In this document: one piece after another, positions 13,209-27,338 of the stretch
How the letters are laid out: every line of letters begins with the position of its first letter
Position numbering within the stretch: the first letter of the stretch is position 1
NCBI GenBank assembly: GCA_905331295.1
Contig: CAJNYD010000027.1
Coordinates: 1-64,000 of the forward strand
Length of the DNA: 64,000 nt
DNA from: Rotaria socialis
Taxonomy: Eukaryota
Reading direction: 5' to 3'
Position numbers and translations under genes: made by a program
The notes under the pieces: generated by a model
Databases searched by the model: none
The model's input: only the letters and a program-made list of their open reading frames with translations
Told to the model about the DNA's origin: nothing

Positions 13209-15397
13209 ATGACAGATCAGCAGCCAGTCGACACTAGCACGGAAATTGATACAACTGATAAACCAAAATCAAAATATGGTAATTAGCCGAATTGACTTAT
13301 TATTTTGCGTTAAAATTCCAAGCAAACATTTTTTTAGACAAGACAAAAATATTTCTCTACATTGCAATGGGTTTATCAGCATGGGTAAATATCTTTTGTT
13401 TTTGCTGTACTTAAAACTAACATCGTTCAATGGTTCGAGCGTAATGATAATACCTTCGTGTTGTAGGGTGATAGAATGTGGAACTTTGCTGTTGGCATTT
13501 ACTTTATATCTCTCAATCCAAATAATCTTCAAAGTGTCGCTTTGAATGGTGTTGCACTTAATTTAGCTGTGATTTTATTTGGAGGAGCCATTGGCGATTG
13601 GATAGATCGTAATCAACGTTTACCAGGTAAGTTATATTGATAGTTTGTTGATATATGTATCTATTTGATTTCTCCTCTCAGCTCTTCGAAAAGCATTATA
13701 CTTTCAAAATTTATCTGTATCTGTTATGGCTGTATTAGTCGTTATTGCTCTATACAATCAATCTTGGTTGCCATCATATTGGATGCTTATAATTCAAGGT
13801 TATTTAAATCATCAGCAATTTTTTCTTTTTTGTTTTCGGCTTAAAATATTTATTTTATTACTTTAGGTATTTTGATTGGTATTGGTATGATAGCAACACT
13901 ATCTAGTGTAGCATGTAAAGTATCAATATCAAAAGATTGGGTTGTAGCATTATATGGTTCTGATCGGCAAAACTTAGCTAGTAGAGCTTTCTTTATTGTC
14001 TAGAAATGTGTTTTAAAAGAATTTCTAATCAGAATAGATACGAATGCAACGCTTCGTCGAATCGATCTTATTAGTGGTGTATTAGCACCAATTTTAACCG
14101 GTGCTGTCATGGCATTTACATCAAGATGGCTTAGTGCTGTATTGATTGCTGGTTGGAATGTTGTTTCACTTTGTTTTGAACTTTTATTATATACAAGAGT
14201 CTATGGATATGCTCATGATGTCTTATCGAATAAAATATCAGCTGCAAAATCGAACGAAAGTAAATTATACTTTTCTTGTTCGATAAATTATTCTATAATC
14301 GCATTTACAATTTTTGTTTTTGTTATTTAGAATTAGCTGAAAAAAGAGAAGGACCAATAAGAAAGTATAGATTTCGATATGAAAAATAATATTATTTATC
14401 ACGAAAATGTGTTTTTTTTAATTTTCATAAGGTTCTTTTCATCTCTCCAAGGTTTAGGAACATATGCTTCGTTATCCGTATTTTTACCAGGGCTTTCACT
14501 TGCATTACTTTATTTGACTGTTTTGAGTTTTGATTCTGTTACACGAGGTAAATATTTTTCGGAATTTAAAACAAAAAACAAATATTTGTATGTTTACTCT
14601 ACGGTGAAATTTATTTCTTAGCTTATGTTATTGAACAAGGTTTATCAGAAGTTTTGTTGGGTTTATTGAATGGCTTAGGATCAATTATTGGTATTATTGG
14701 TACTCTTGCTTATCCTATTTTTGTAAAACGTATAGGTTTGGTGCGTACCGGTGTTATTGGTTTTTGGTCGGAATTCTCAATGTTAATTCTTTGCTTATTA
14801 TCGTTATTTGTTCATGGAACATCATTTATTCCATTTGAAAAGTTTACAGCTGTTTCATGCCATTATTATGATACATACTCGAATAGTACTAATGCTACAT
14901 CAACTTTAATGCACCTTCCTTGCTCCAATTCCAAATTATCCGTCTTGTTACTTGTCATTGGTATAACTCTCAATCGATTCGGTAAATTTTTTTAAGAAAA
15001 CATTTGTATTTGATTTTAATTGTTTTTTTTATTAGGTTTATGGATTGCTGATTTAACTGTAAGTCAGTTACAGCAAGAACGTGTTCCAGAAAAAATTCGT
15101 GGCCGTATTGGCGGTACACAACATTCACTCAATCAACTTTTTGATTTAATTCGTTATACACTTATTATTTGTTTACCACACATGCCACAATTTGGATATC
15201 ATATTTGTTTATCAGTTTTATCTGTATTTACGGCATCACTTATCTATACAATATGGTCATGTTCAACAGCTTCTCAGCTTGTTCCACCAGCTGCTGATAT
15301 TGAAATGACTGAGAAAAATGCTGACCTAGCCGGATATTACGAGACTGAGCTTGGTGAAAAGCTCAATTATGTTGATAATGAGGAGGACAAAGTCTAA
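13209..15397 (+). CDS. SLC40A1: Ferroportin (iron exporter), multi-exon
   Basis: Spliced motifs LSAWGDRMWNFAVG, GAIGDWIDRNQR, ISKDWVV, TNATLRRIDL, LALLYLTVLSFD, RFGLWIADLTVSQLQQE. Confidence 0.95.
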
Positions 15398-15719
15398 AAA
15401 TAGTTCTATTAAATTTTTTCTTAATTTATTATTTTATGTTGTTCAAAAATTTTAGGAACATTTTAAATTAACTGTATTCCAAGTATTTCAAAATTATTTT
15501 CTATGCTCAAAAGCATTTCTCTGTTTTTGTCATGCCAACGTTTTTCCTAAGATACTATGCAAGCAATATAAACATCATTTCATTTTTACATATTGATATT
15601 TTTTTTTTATTGTAATTCATAGATAAATATTGCCTATTTTTGTTCATCGAAATTTTTAAATAAAAACAGGCAAATTTCATTAGTACAGATATTAAAGTGA
15701 ACTTATAAAAGTATGAAAA

Positions 15720-16018
15720 TCTTCTTAGTCTGTAACTAATACTTCGATGATGTATTAAAGTCTCTACAAGAATTTGAACTTGTAAATCGTTTCCATCAAG
15801 TTATAGTAGTTTTAATGAAAAGTTTATCTCAAGAATGACCAATACAAGTGTATTGAATGGCACCGCCTTGTTCTGGAATACTTTTCATAAACAAGTCAAA
15901 CGATAGGCCAACTCATAAATATTATTTGATATTTGATTCAACAGAGCATGTAATCTATAATTTAACACTTGACAAAATATACTTTCGACGACATCAGTGA
16001 CTTCATAGCGATTAAAGT
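15720..16018 (-). pseudogene. Decayed exon of a ribonuclease-inhibitor-type LRR protein
   Basis: After a ttttcttcag acceptor the frame reads ...ILEINFSLKLL*LDGNDLQVQILVETLIHHRSI, LRR-like, with two in-frame stops. Confidence 0.35.
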
Positions 16019-17694
16019 CTGAAGAAAAAGTAATCGATTCAAAATTACGATGCATTTATTTACGTAATCATAGATTTGAAATTGTTACGTTGTGCATTTC
16101 ATCAATTGAAATAAATGAATGAAACTATAGAGTTCATTCGATTTTAATGTGCAAAAGATGTACTTTTATTTTCAGGATAAAAATATGTCGGATACCAATT
16201 AGTTATTCATCGAAAAATGTGAGAATAGCTTACTTTTGAATGCATCAAGGAATTTTATCGGAAGTCAGTGGGACGCATCCGGAAATTTTCCATTTCCGAA
16301 GAATTCATCTGAAGTGTTTCAATATCCGCTGTTTTTTTCTGAAATTGGATTGTTAGACTTTTGATTCTTTATTTGATATCTATTTGCCCTATCTTTGCAT
16401 ATATCAGAGATCTTCCTATACGATTTCATTGCAGTACGTAGTAATAAGTTCTCTCTTTCTCTCTCTCTATCAATAATAATATTGTCTTATTTGGCAAATA
16501 TCTTTAAGTTCGATAGTATAATCTGGCATATTCAAAGCTACGAAAAATATTTTTCCTATGATTAATTTTCATCCATCATACTACTTGATTGCAGTAGCAT
16601 AAATTCATCTAACCGTAATTCCGTACTGATATCTGTTTTATATGTGTGACAAATGCATGAAGTCTCAGAGATTTTCTTTAAACAAAAATAACACTCCGAT
16701 AATTCTTTCGTCGCATCAGTTACGATAATCAATGACTAGCACTTTAATTTGATAAACGTTCATCTTTATTTAGACGATCGTCATCATCTATCGAGCCGAA
16801 CTTCCTTTTATTGTATTCTCAATCCAATCAGTATATTGACTATCTTAAAATAATACACAAAAAATAATCACATAAAAAAAAAGTCGAATTAAGCACAAGA
16901 TCGTAAATTATAAGTTCTCTCAATTGATGAATACATTACTGATTGAATAGGCATGATTGTAGAAACTGCAACATCAAAACCAATTATTTATTTTTTAATT
17001 TTATTAATTTTATTAATAGAACATTAAAACACAATTTATATATCATCATTAAACTAATTAAACATGCAGAACAGATTTGTTTATCATTACACTTTTTATA
17101 TTCTATTATTAAACATAAAATAATAAACACATTTTAACCATCGTGAATAACAAGAACGCATATATTGAACAAGCACATGTAATAACTCAATAAACTAAAA
17201 TACTAAAAATCCACTCGGGATTTTGAACACATTAGATATTAACAAAATAAAAATAAAACTCATAACGCACATATTATTTAACGAACATACTCAATACAAA
17301 TGAAACTGATCATTTTTAATTCTTGTATTAACACATTTGCAAACTGAAATTTGACTTTTCTTAATATTTTTAAACTAAAAAGAAAGAAACCAAGAATATT
17401 GAAAATAATATAAAAATTAAAAAGCAAAACAGAAAAATAATAAATTTCAACAGTCTTCATCGTCCATTGTATCCACAGAAATATCAAGTGGAACTGATTG
17501 TCCATTGGGATTATTCAAGGAACTAAACAAAAAGAAAAACTAAATGCTACTTATTTATTTATATAAACTTGATTCAAAAATATCCTCTTCTTCTTTCCAA
17601 ATAAATAACAAAAGAAAATACATAGTTCCTAAATATCACACATACACACAAAAATAAAGTATATTTCTCCTATAAAGAAAATAGAAAAAATAAT

Positions 17695-19452
17695 TTAATC
17701 CAATATGATTATCTCGTCGGTTTCATCATCGCTTGTCCAAGAAACATTATCAGGATTCATATCGTCGACAATCATGATTGACCTTAACGAATGGGGTGAA
17801 ATAATAAAACAAAATTAAAAACAAGATTTTTTAGTGCATTCCATAGTTTTCGATAAAACCAACAAAATTTTAATTTCAACTTACTTTGTATCATCAACAG
17901 GTGACATCAATAAAGTAGATGAACAACTGTCTTCACTATTTAATATGCCATTTTTTTGTTTTCGATTCGACAAAGCCATTTTTTTATTATAATCTGTTGA
18001 TCGTTCTCGTTGCCAAAGCCAATGATTTGGCTGAACAAGCATGATCTATGATAAAAGACATAGTTTTTGAATGAAAATTTCAAACACAAGCAAATTCTTA
18101 CTTCATCACATTCATCTTTTGTGACTCGAGCTCGAAAACCCATACGAGTCCATAGATCGTTTTTCTTCGATAAAAATCTTTTAAAATCATTTTTTAAATC
18201 AACCGATGGACGACCATCATTTGTTTGAAGTGCCCATGGTAATAAACCATACTTTGCTGTCAGATCTTCTTCAACAGAATCATGTGCTAACCATCTAAAT
18301 GTGCATGAAAGAAAATGGTATAGATCATTTTATAGAACAAGTACTACATAGATAATGGTAACATTTGTATTTCCTATTGCTCTCAATTACCATGAATTCT
18401 GTAAATATATCCTAACTATTCAAATATTTGTCTCTCAATGATCTACACAATTATATTAGAACATGTAATATCAATTTTCAATCGATTTCAAATGGTGAAA
18501 TAATATAGAGCTCATTTGTAGCCCGAAACAGCATGATATTCTCAATGACAGTAATGTAAATAGATACGAAAGTCATGTGAATGTAGCTGGAAAATAGAAC
18601 AATATAATGACTGACGTTCCAAGAAAAAAAAACTTTTTTTCTCTATTCTACAAAATCAAGTACAATACAAAAGAATACTAGCAGTGAGCCATGTCTTAAA
18701 TTGACAGCTTACATTCAATGTACTAATCTAATTTTTCGGAAAATAGAATAACTAATGCTTTTAAGATAAACATAAACTTCTACAATCAAAATCTAGTCGA
18801 GAAAAAAACGCAAAACAAATAATCTATTGTATTCATTACTTACAAGGCTAAATAAAACGAATCTTTTGTGTAATGATGTTCACGTAATTTTGCTCGCCAA
18901 AAATAGATTAATGTCATCGCTAATAGATACTAGATTTAAAAAAAAATGCCGATTTAAAATTATAAGAAAAAACAGTCTTATTTACTTTATCAGCATGTCG
19001 GAAATGTTTATCATATTGGAGGAAATCGGATATTGAGGAATTATCTAAAGAATCGAAGAAAACATGACATTGTTTCGAATCTTTATTTTTTTTTTTCATA
19101 AATAACTACCGATTAGATGAAGAAATAAAGCAACACTACGACGCAGTTTAAGTGTTGAATTTTGATGAAAATTTTCTTTATATTTTAATGGTATTTGATG
19201 ATTTATCATGGACATTGGTGGTACAAGTGTAAATGAGTTAGAATTGTCGTGTTGTTGACAGCATTGATGTTGACAATTGTTATATGATGGATGACTTATA
19301 GTTGTTGTCGTCATCGGTGCATGCTGATAATGGTAATGATGATGATGATGATAGTGATAATGATGTTGCTGTTTTACATCATTAAAATTTCTAGTTGTCG
19401 ATAAAGGTAGACGAGATACGGACGAAGAGGACAACCAATCGTTGAAAGACAT
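17695..19452 (-). CDS. SPDYA: Speedy/RINGO CDK activator; exons 19452-19110, 19044-18986, 18929-18844, 18294-18102, 18045-17885, 17782-17695
   Basis: The six exons are phase-compatible and rebuild a complete Speedy box: DFLQYDKHFRHADKYLLAMTLIYFWRA...LALWLAHDSVEED...KYGLLPWAL...FLSKKNDLWTRMGFRARVTKDECDEIMLVQPNHWLWQRERS. Confidence 0.88.
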
Positions 19453-21429
19453 TGATTATATATACGAATGAAAATGATATTCTAAAATAAATTTGAATAA
19501 TATTTTCTTATGCATATTAAAAAATAAAAAGATTGAGTGCGGACTCCAGTTTTGTTTCTCTTTTGTAACGAGAAGCTATTTTGAAATCGGTCAAAACTCG
19601 AGCAGCTGACTCGTGTTCCATAGACTCTATTAGAAATTTTCTATTCATTTTCTCATCAAATAATTCAATTTGAGTATGAATATATTATTTTCCGCATTCA
19701 CAGTTTTATATTGAATTGCAATAACGATACGTAACTCAGCATGATAAAATATCGTCATCAATCACATGATCTATTTATTGGCTTTTTTTAAACTAACAAA
19801 AAGCTAAACTTTGACTATGTATTCTTTTTCTTACTATTTAAATCAAAATCTTAACCGAACCTATATACGATTTTGATTGTTCTTTTGTTACAAAAGTATA
19901 TGTCATTGTTTCTGTTAGCAACATAAACTTAATTGCGTATATTCTCTTGAATTTTATTTTATTGCAAAACATTCTATTAAGAAAATAAGAAATAGGAAAA
20001 TAGAAATGTCGACATTTGAAGACAATTTGTCAAGTACTCAATTTATATTCTTTAATTATATATTTTTTATTTTTCCCCAGATTCATGAATCACTCAATAT
20101 TTAGCTCTTCATTTGTTTCGAGTATGCAGCTTGATGCTAACAGATTTCCTGTCTATTGACTAAATATAATATGTTCAAATTAGACGACTTCTTGTCTGAG
20201 GATCTACTTTCCGCTGATTATGTAGACGGAGAAAGCATACGAGTCAATAAACAGCGAGCATGGATTTGAACGTCAACGTGTGGGACGAGAGTGAAACTAT
20301 AGAAAAGACACTCACGCTAACCTACTTTGATCCTCATCGCCCCTGATCCCGTATGTACTCTCGGTACACCCATTCGCTTGTTTCTTTCTTGCCCAAATAA
20401 TCAATAGAAAGTAAATTGTCATACAAGAAATTGACTAGTAAAACTATTTTTTTTGTATAATTAACAAACAGGAAATTTTCTTTCAACAAAATTATATTCC
20501 TTCGAAAGAAAATATCGTTCAAAATATTAACGACAGCAACTATAAATCATTTGAATTCATCTTATTAATATATTGAACCATATCATTTTTTTTTATAATC
20601 TTGATTTCGATTTTTCTAAAATCTTTATCTTCATTGAACCTTCATTATATCCTATCAGTTCATATTACTCCAATAAATGCAAACCAATATATATATATAT
20701 ATTATTTGTTGAACACTTTGAGATTATCTCAAGTTGAATGAATTCAATAAGACTATTTTGGAATCTATACTCGTCATCATTATGATCCATTGAATACTGT
20801 AAAAGAAACAAAAACAAATACTACTTAAATCCCTTTTTTGTTTTTATTCTTCTCGAATAGAAGTCACACACAGAAGAAGGAAAAAAGTTGGCTGACAAGA
20901 TCATGTTCTAATGAAAAAAGAAATTTAATTGACGCATAGACATTCATCTTTCGTTGCTTATTACTGTCTAGCCATAGAGATCGCCATCATCAAACGCATC
21001 TAGAAATCATACATATGAACCAAGAATAAGAAAAGAAAATAATAAATCGACTGATTATTTTGTCGAATGCACGCGAACAGAAAATGTTTCATTTTTTTTT
21101 GAACTAGAAGGAAAAAAACCAAACAACTGACAAAGATGACAATAAGAAGAAAAAAAGAAATATGAATGCTTGATAGTAGTTATAGTGAATATATCAATAT
21201 ATATATATATATATATATCTATAGAGCAAAAGAGAAAATGCGTACGCGTACAAAAGAAAAAAACTGATGATTTTGATTATATACAAAAGACGAATGATGT
21301 CTATGTTGTTGATAGTTAAGTAAGATTATGCAACCGGTAGGGAATAAGTATAAGCAAAGGTTGAAAAAGTAGTGTATATAAGTGCGTGTTGATTTGAATT
21401 CAATATGTAAAAATGATTGTTGCACAGGT

Positions 21430-22857
<1,428 letters not shown>

Positions 22858-24271
22858 TTTAACAATAACAAAGAAAGGAAATTAAAACAAAAAAATTGTG
22901 TAACAGATGAAATGTTAATACGTTGAGGATGGGATTGGGGGAGAAAATATAAGATTTTCAACAATGATTTCTTTTTTTCAATTAGATTTCATCATTTTCC
23001 GATGTAACAAAATTTTAATAACGAATTTCAGCAAATGCGTGCGTGATTTTGTTATCTAAAAATTTGAAAAAGAAAAAAAGGATGCCGAAGACAAGAAAAA
23101 ACAACGTGTAGCCATTTCTAACAGCGTCGATACTCTTTTTTGAAGACATGAAAAACAATTCGACTCTTTCCGTCTATTTCGAAATGACTATTGCGATTGA
23201 TGACAATTATTTATCGATATGAAAAATTTCAAACGAAAAAGTAGAAAAAGGGAAAAAAGAATATTTTTAATTGTTGTTCTTTCTTTTTGTTTATGTGTGT
23301 TTTAATTTAAGTTACCAATGCACATGACATATGATCATGTTAGAGAATACGAAGTGTCTTTTGATTTGTTATTTAATAACCAATTATTGATTTTAATTGT
23401 TTGTCATGCGTGTGCTTCTTTTACTATTTATTTAGTAATATATTTATCGATTTTCAATATTATTTTCGTAGGCAGAGTATACATGTCAATACAGTAAAAA
23501 TCGTGTGAATCTTTTGAGGGAGTATGAATAGTTTGATATCCTACAAAATCCCATATATAACATAAAGAGCAATAATATGCATGAGAAAGTCATTTGAGCA
23601 CATTATAACCAAATTTCTTTAGAAAATTTTCTGACATGAAAAACCGGAAATTTGAAAAATGAAATTTTTTTCTGTCTAATTGCAAAACTTGTCTTTTTCT
23701 TGTCTCTGTTTGGTTTTAACGTCCGATTAAACGTTCCATGTTACTCGGTACAAACAACAGCTGTTAACAATAGAATCATCATTAAAGAGATGGTGTTTAT
23801 ACGATGGAAGTAAAGCTTTTAACGATTATCACACAATGAAAATCTTCTATTTGTTGGTTTGCATAGTGCTTTGGAATTTATTGAAGTTTTTATTTTATTT
23901 AATAACTTCTTGATAGCTTTATGCAGCACTTGTCGGCCATTTTAGGGAAAAGACGTATTAAGAATGTAGCCAATAAAAATTAATTTGCAAAGTCGGAAGT
24001 AGTAAGGAGAACGTCGTACTTCAATAGACTATACCTACACAGAGTTAGTCGTTATATGCTACTCTTAATTGAGGTAAACAAGTAAAATAAATAAAAAATG
24101 CCAGACTAATTTTTATCAATGTTTTTGGTGAATACATGACTTATTCACTATTTTGAATTCATCAATTTTTCATTTTCTTTTTTTTTTTGAAGAACAGTTT
24201 ACGACTCGATCTTACAAGATTTAACTATATTATATCTAGGCAATATTGTATTACTGTTTTGTTTCTTTTAG

Positions 24272-27080
24272 ATGAATACCTTGGGTAGCATGGACCGTAT
24301 GAATGAGCTGTAAAGTCTAAAATTTTCTCTTTTTTTCCTTGTCAATTAAACTTTTTACTTTCTAGTACAAAATTCGAAGAGTTTCCAGCTGAAATTTTTC
24401 ATATCATCTTCGATTATTTAAGTGGTGATGATATTCTTAGATCATTTTTGTATCTTAATAAACGTTTTAATTCTCTTACTAAACAACTTCGTTTAAATAC
24501 AGTTGAAATTTCAGCATGGACATGTCGAGATATAACAAGTTTTTTTAAAAATGTTTCAAATTATATATCATTACACTGTCACTCATTCAAATTAACAAAT
24601 CAACATTCTCGTACTGGTTCTTGTTCGGCAAATATCGAATTTATATTGTCAACCGTTCTTGACTCTTATCAGTTGAAATGTCTTTTAAAAAATTTACAAC
24701 AATTAATTTACATTCGTCCAATTATTGACACAGCCATCTGCTTACCTGATATCATTCTTCAATCATTTATTGTTCATTCTTTCGTTGATAAAATTATTTT
24801 TAGAAAAACATTTTCTCACGATAAACTTGATTGTTTGATGATATGTAGTAATACAGTGATGAGAACATTATTAGTAGATCACGGTGGAATTTATAATCAA
24901 ATGCTAGTCAGTTATCAAAATCCAATCATTCAAACAATAATATCATATGTAAAACATTTGAAATTGTATATAGATAATTATAATCGACAATGGGTTTACA
25001 TGTCACCATTTGTTGTTGATACATTATCTGAATTGACTCTTCTCATAATTGATGATCAATTCGAATATTATCATGGCCAATTATTTAGTTCATTACTGTC
25101 AAATATAGCAGATAAATGCCATATTCATTTCTTTTTACAATTCATTCCAAGTAATCTTATAATAAATTACGATATTGATATATTGGCACAAAGTTTCCAA
25201 AATGAATTTTATACACAACATCAAGCGAATGTAACAATTGCTTATTGTCGAAATTTTTCACTTGGCGAAGGTTTTCCTTTACTCATATATACATCACCAT
25301 TTTGTGCATCAAAGATTACATTAATTAATAATCAAAATATCATAGGTGTTTGTGTAAGTCTATTATCTTATTCTTAGAAAATTTTTACATATAATACTAT
25401 TGTCATTGTAATTATTCCTACTATCATAAATTAATCTTGAGTTGGTTCATTAAAAAATTGCATGATGTTTTCAAGGGATATATTCATCAAATAAGAATGT
25501 AAAAACAACTAATAAACTAACTCGAATGCGCGTTGAAGCCGTCATTTTATATATTTATTCTGAAGAGTATTTAGACTATAAAGTCCTCCGCTTAGAAGTT
25601 ATCATTCATATTTGAGAAGAAAAATGAGTGATCGATTTGTAGAAATATATTTTTTTAATATCCTAATAAAATATACGACTGAGAAAAAAATGGGTACTGC
25701 TTAATCATGCGTTTTGAAATGAAATAAAAACTAATCAGCTATTGTGAAACTCCTTCGAGAATTCGAGAATTCGAGAATTCGAGAACACACAATTAGAACA
25801 ACATAAAGAAAGAAAGAAAAATGTCCTACTTTTTCAGAAGACTGCAATAGAAATCATGAAAATTAAGTTGAGAACAGTTGAGCTTTTATTTTTGAAAAAG
25901 ATCCAAATGCGACGTATTCTTCTGTCGGCTCGTGTTAATTTTAATAACTCAAACTACACAGAACTTTTTCAACACGAGAACATTACCTTAAAACTTGTGT
26001 AATCACGTATGTTGATAAGCAATAGAATAATCTATTAATTATACGTTCTTTTGTTTTTACAAGCTATTGTTTGGGCTGAATATGTATGCGTTTTATTTTT
26101 CAAGTGAATCATATGATGTTATATCATCAAACGTGATACACAGGTCAACAGAACCTTGAAAATGAATAAAAACAACAGTTGGATATGACTAATCTCATAG
26201 TTTGTGACAGCAAGGTATGATCCATTTCGCCAAATAAATGAAATTATGGAAGTTTTCTTTATTTACATTTGCCACAACCCCATTAATGACAAGAAATTGT
26301 AGACATTCGAAAGAAAAAAGTAGTTTCTGGAAATATATCTTTCACAATCTTGCAATTAACATTTAAAACTTTTTGCTATTGTTCTAGTCTGATTATCGAA
26401 GTCTAACTCGATTAATATTCGATCCATGTTTTCCAAATTATCCGAGTATAATTCCATCAAGTAATCAAATAAATTGTTTAACAAATTTAACATCCTTAGA
26501 ATTGATACATACACCTCGATATAATTTTAATCGAATGGCAATTCCATCAAATACTATTCTTCGACAAGTTATTTCAAATATTCGTCATATACACTTTATT
26601 AGTGATCAATGTTCATCGTATTTAATAAAATATATTTTACCCTTATACAAATTTCAATGTTTACGTTATCTTGATATCACTAACAACGATTTGAATTGTT
26701 CGATATTAAATGATATTCTTCATCAAAGTGATTTTTGTGCAAATATTTTTCATTTAAATATATCCGGTTTGTGTTGTTTAAGAGACGTACATATAAAAGA
26801 GATTGGTCTTAAATTTCCTAAATTACAAACATTAAAATTTTCTATGAAATTTATTTCATCATTTAATGAACAATTAGATACAATAGGTCAATCTATTTTA
26901 ATTAAAATGCGTTCTCATTTACATTATTTACATATTTATTTTCAATATGAAAATTTATTAATTATGTCCATGATACCAAGTGAAAGTCAATTAAGTGAAT
27001 GGTTAGGTTATAATCAAAAACGATTATTACATGTGCAAGCAATTGAACTTAATCGAAATGAATTATCTGCTTGGCTGTGA
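24272..27080 (+). CDS. F-box protein with degenerate LRRs; join(24272..24309,24366..25353,26389..27080)
   Basis: F-box-like TKFEEFPAEIFHIIFDYLSGDDILRSFLYLNKRFNSL. C-terminal LRR-like LRYLDITNN, IFHLNISG, FPKLQTLKF. Confidence 0.75.
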
Positions 27081-27338
27081 ATTAAGAAAATATTTTTTGT
27101 TTATTTTTATTTACATATTTTAGTTTCAAAAAGAAATATATGTATATGCATCACAAAATAATTGTCTTTTCTTTTTCATTTTTGTTTTTGAGGATTAGTG
27201 TACGGCTAGAAAAAGAGTTCCATTCATCTAAACATAGGGCGGTATACTACATAGAACAAAAACAAAAGAGAGAAATTCTTGTTTTTTTCTACCATAAATT
27301 AGAGTTTGGTTATCATTCGAGATTCTAAGCGTAGACAC

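Noticed and set aside
25755..25786. (TTCGAGAA)x4 octamer repeat in an F-box gene intron, resembling heat-shock-element arrays
   Set aside because: It is short and intronic, the spacing does not give a continuous nGAAn array, and slippage explains it.
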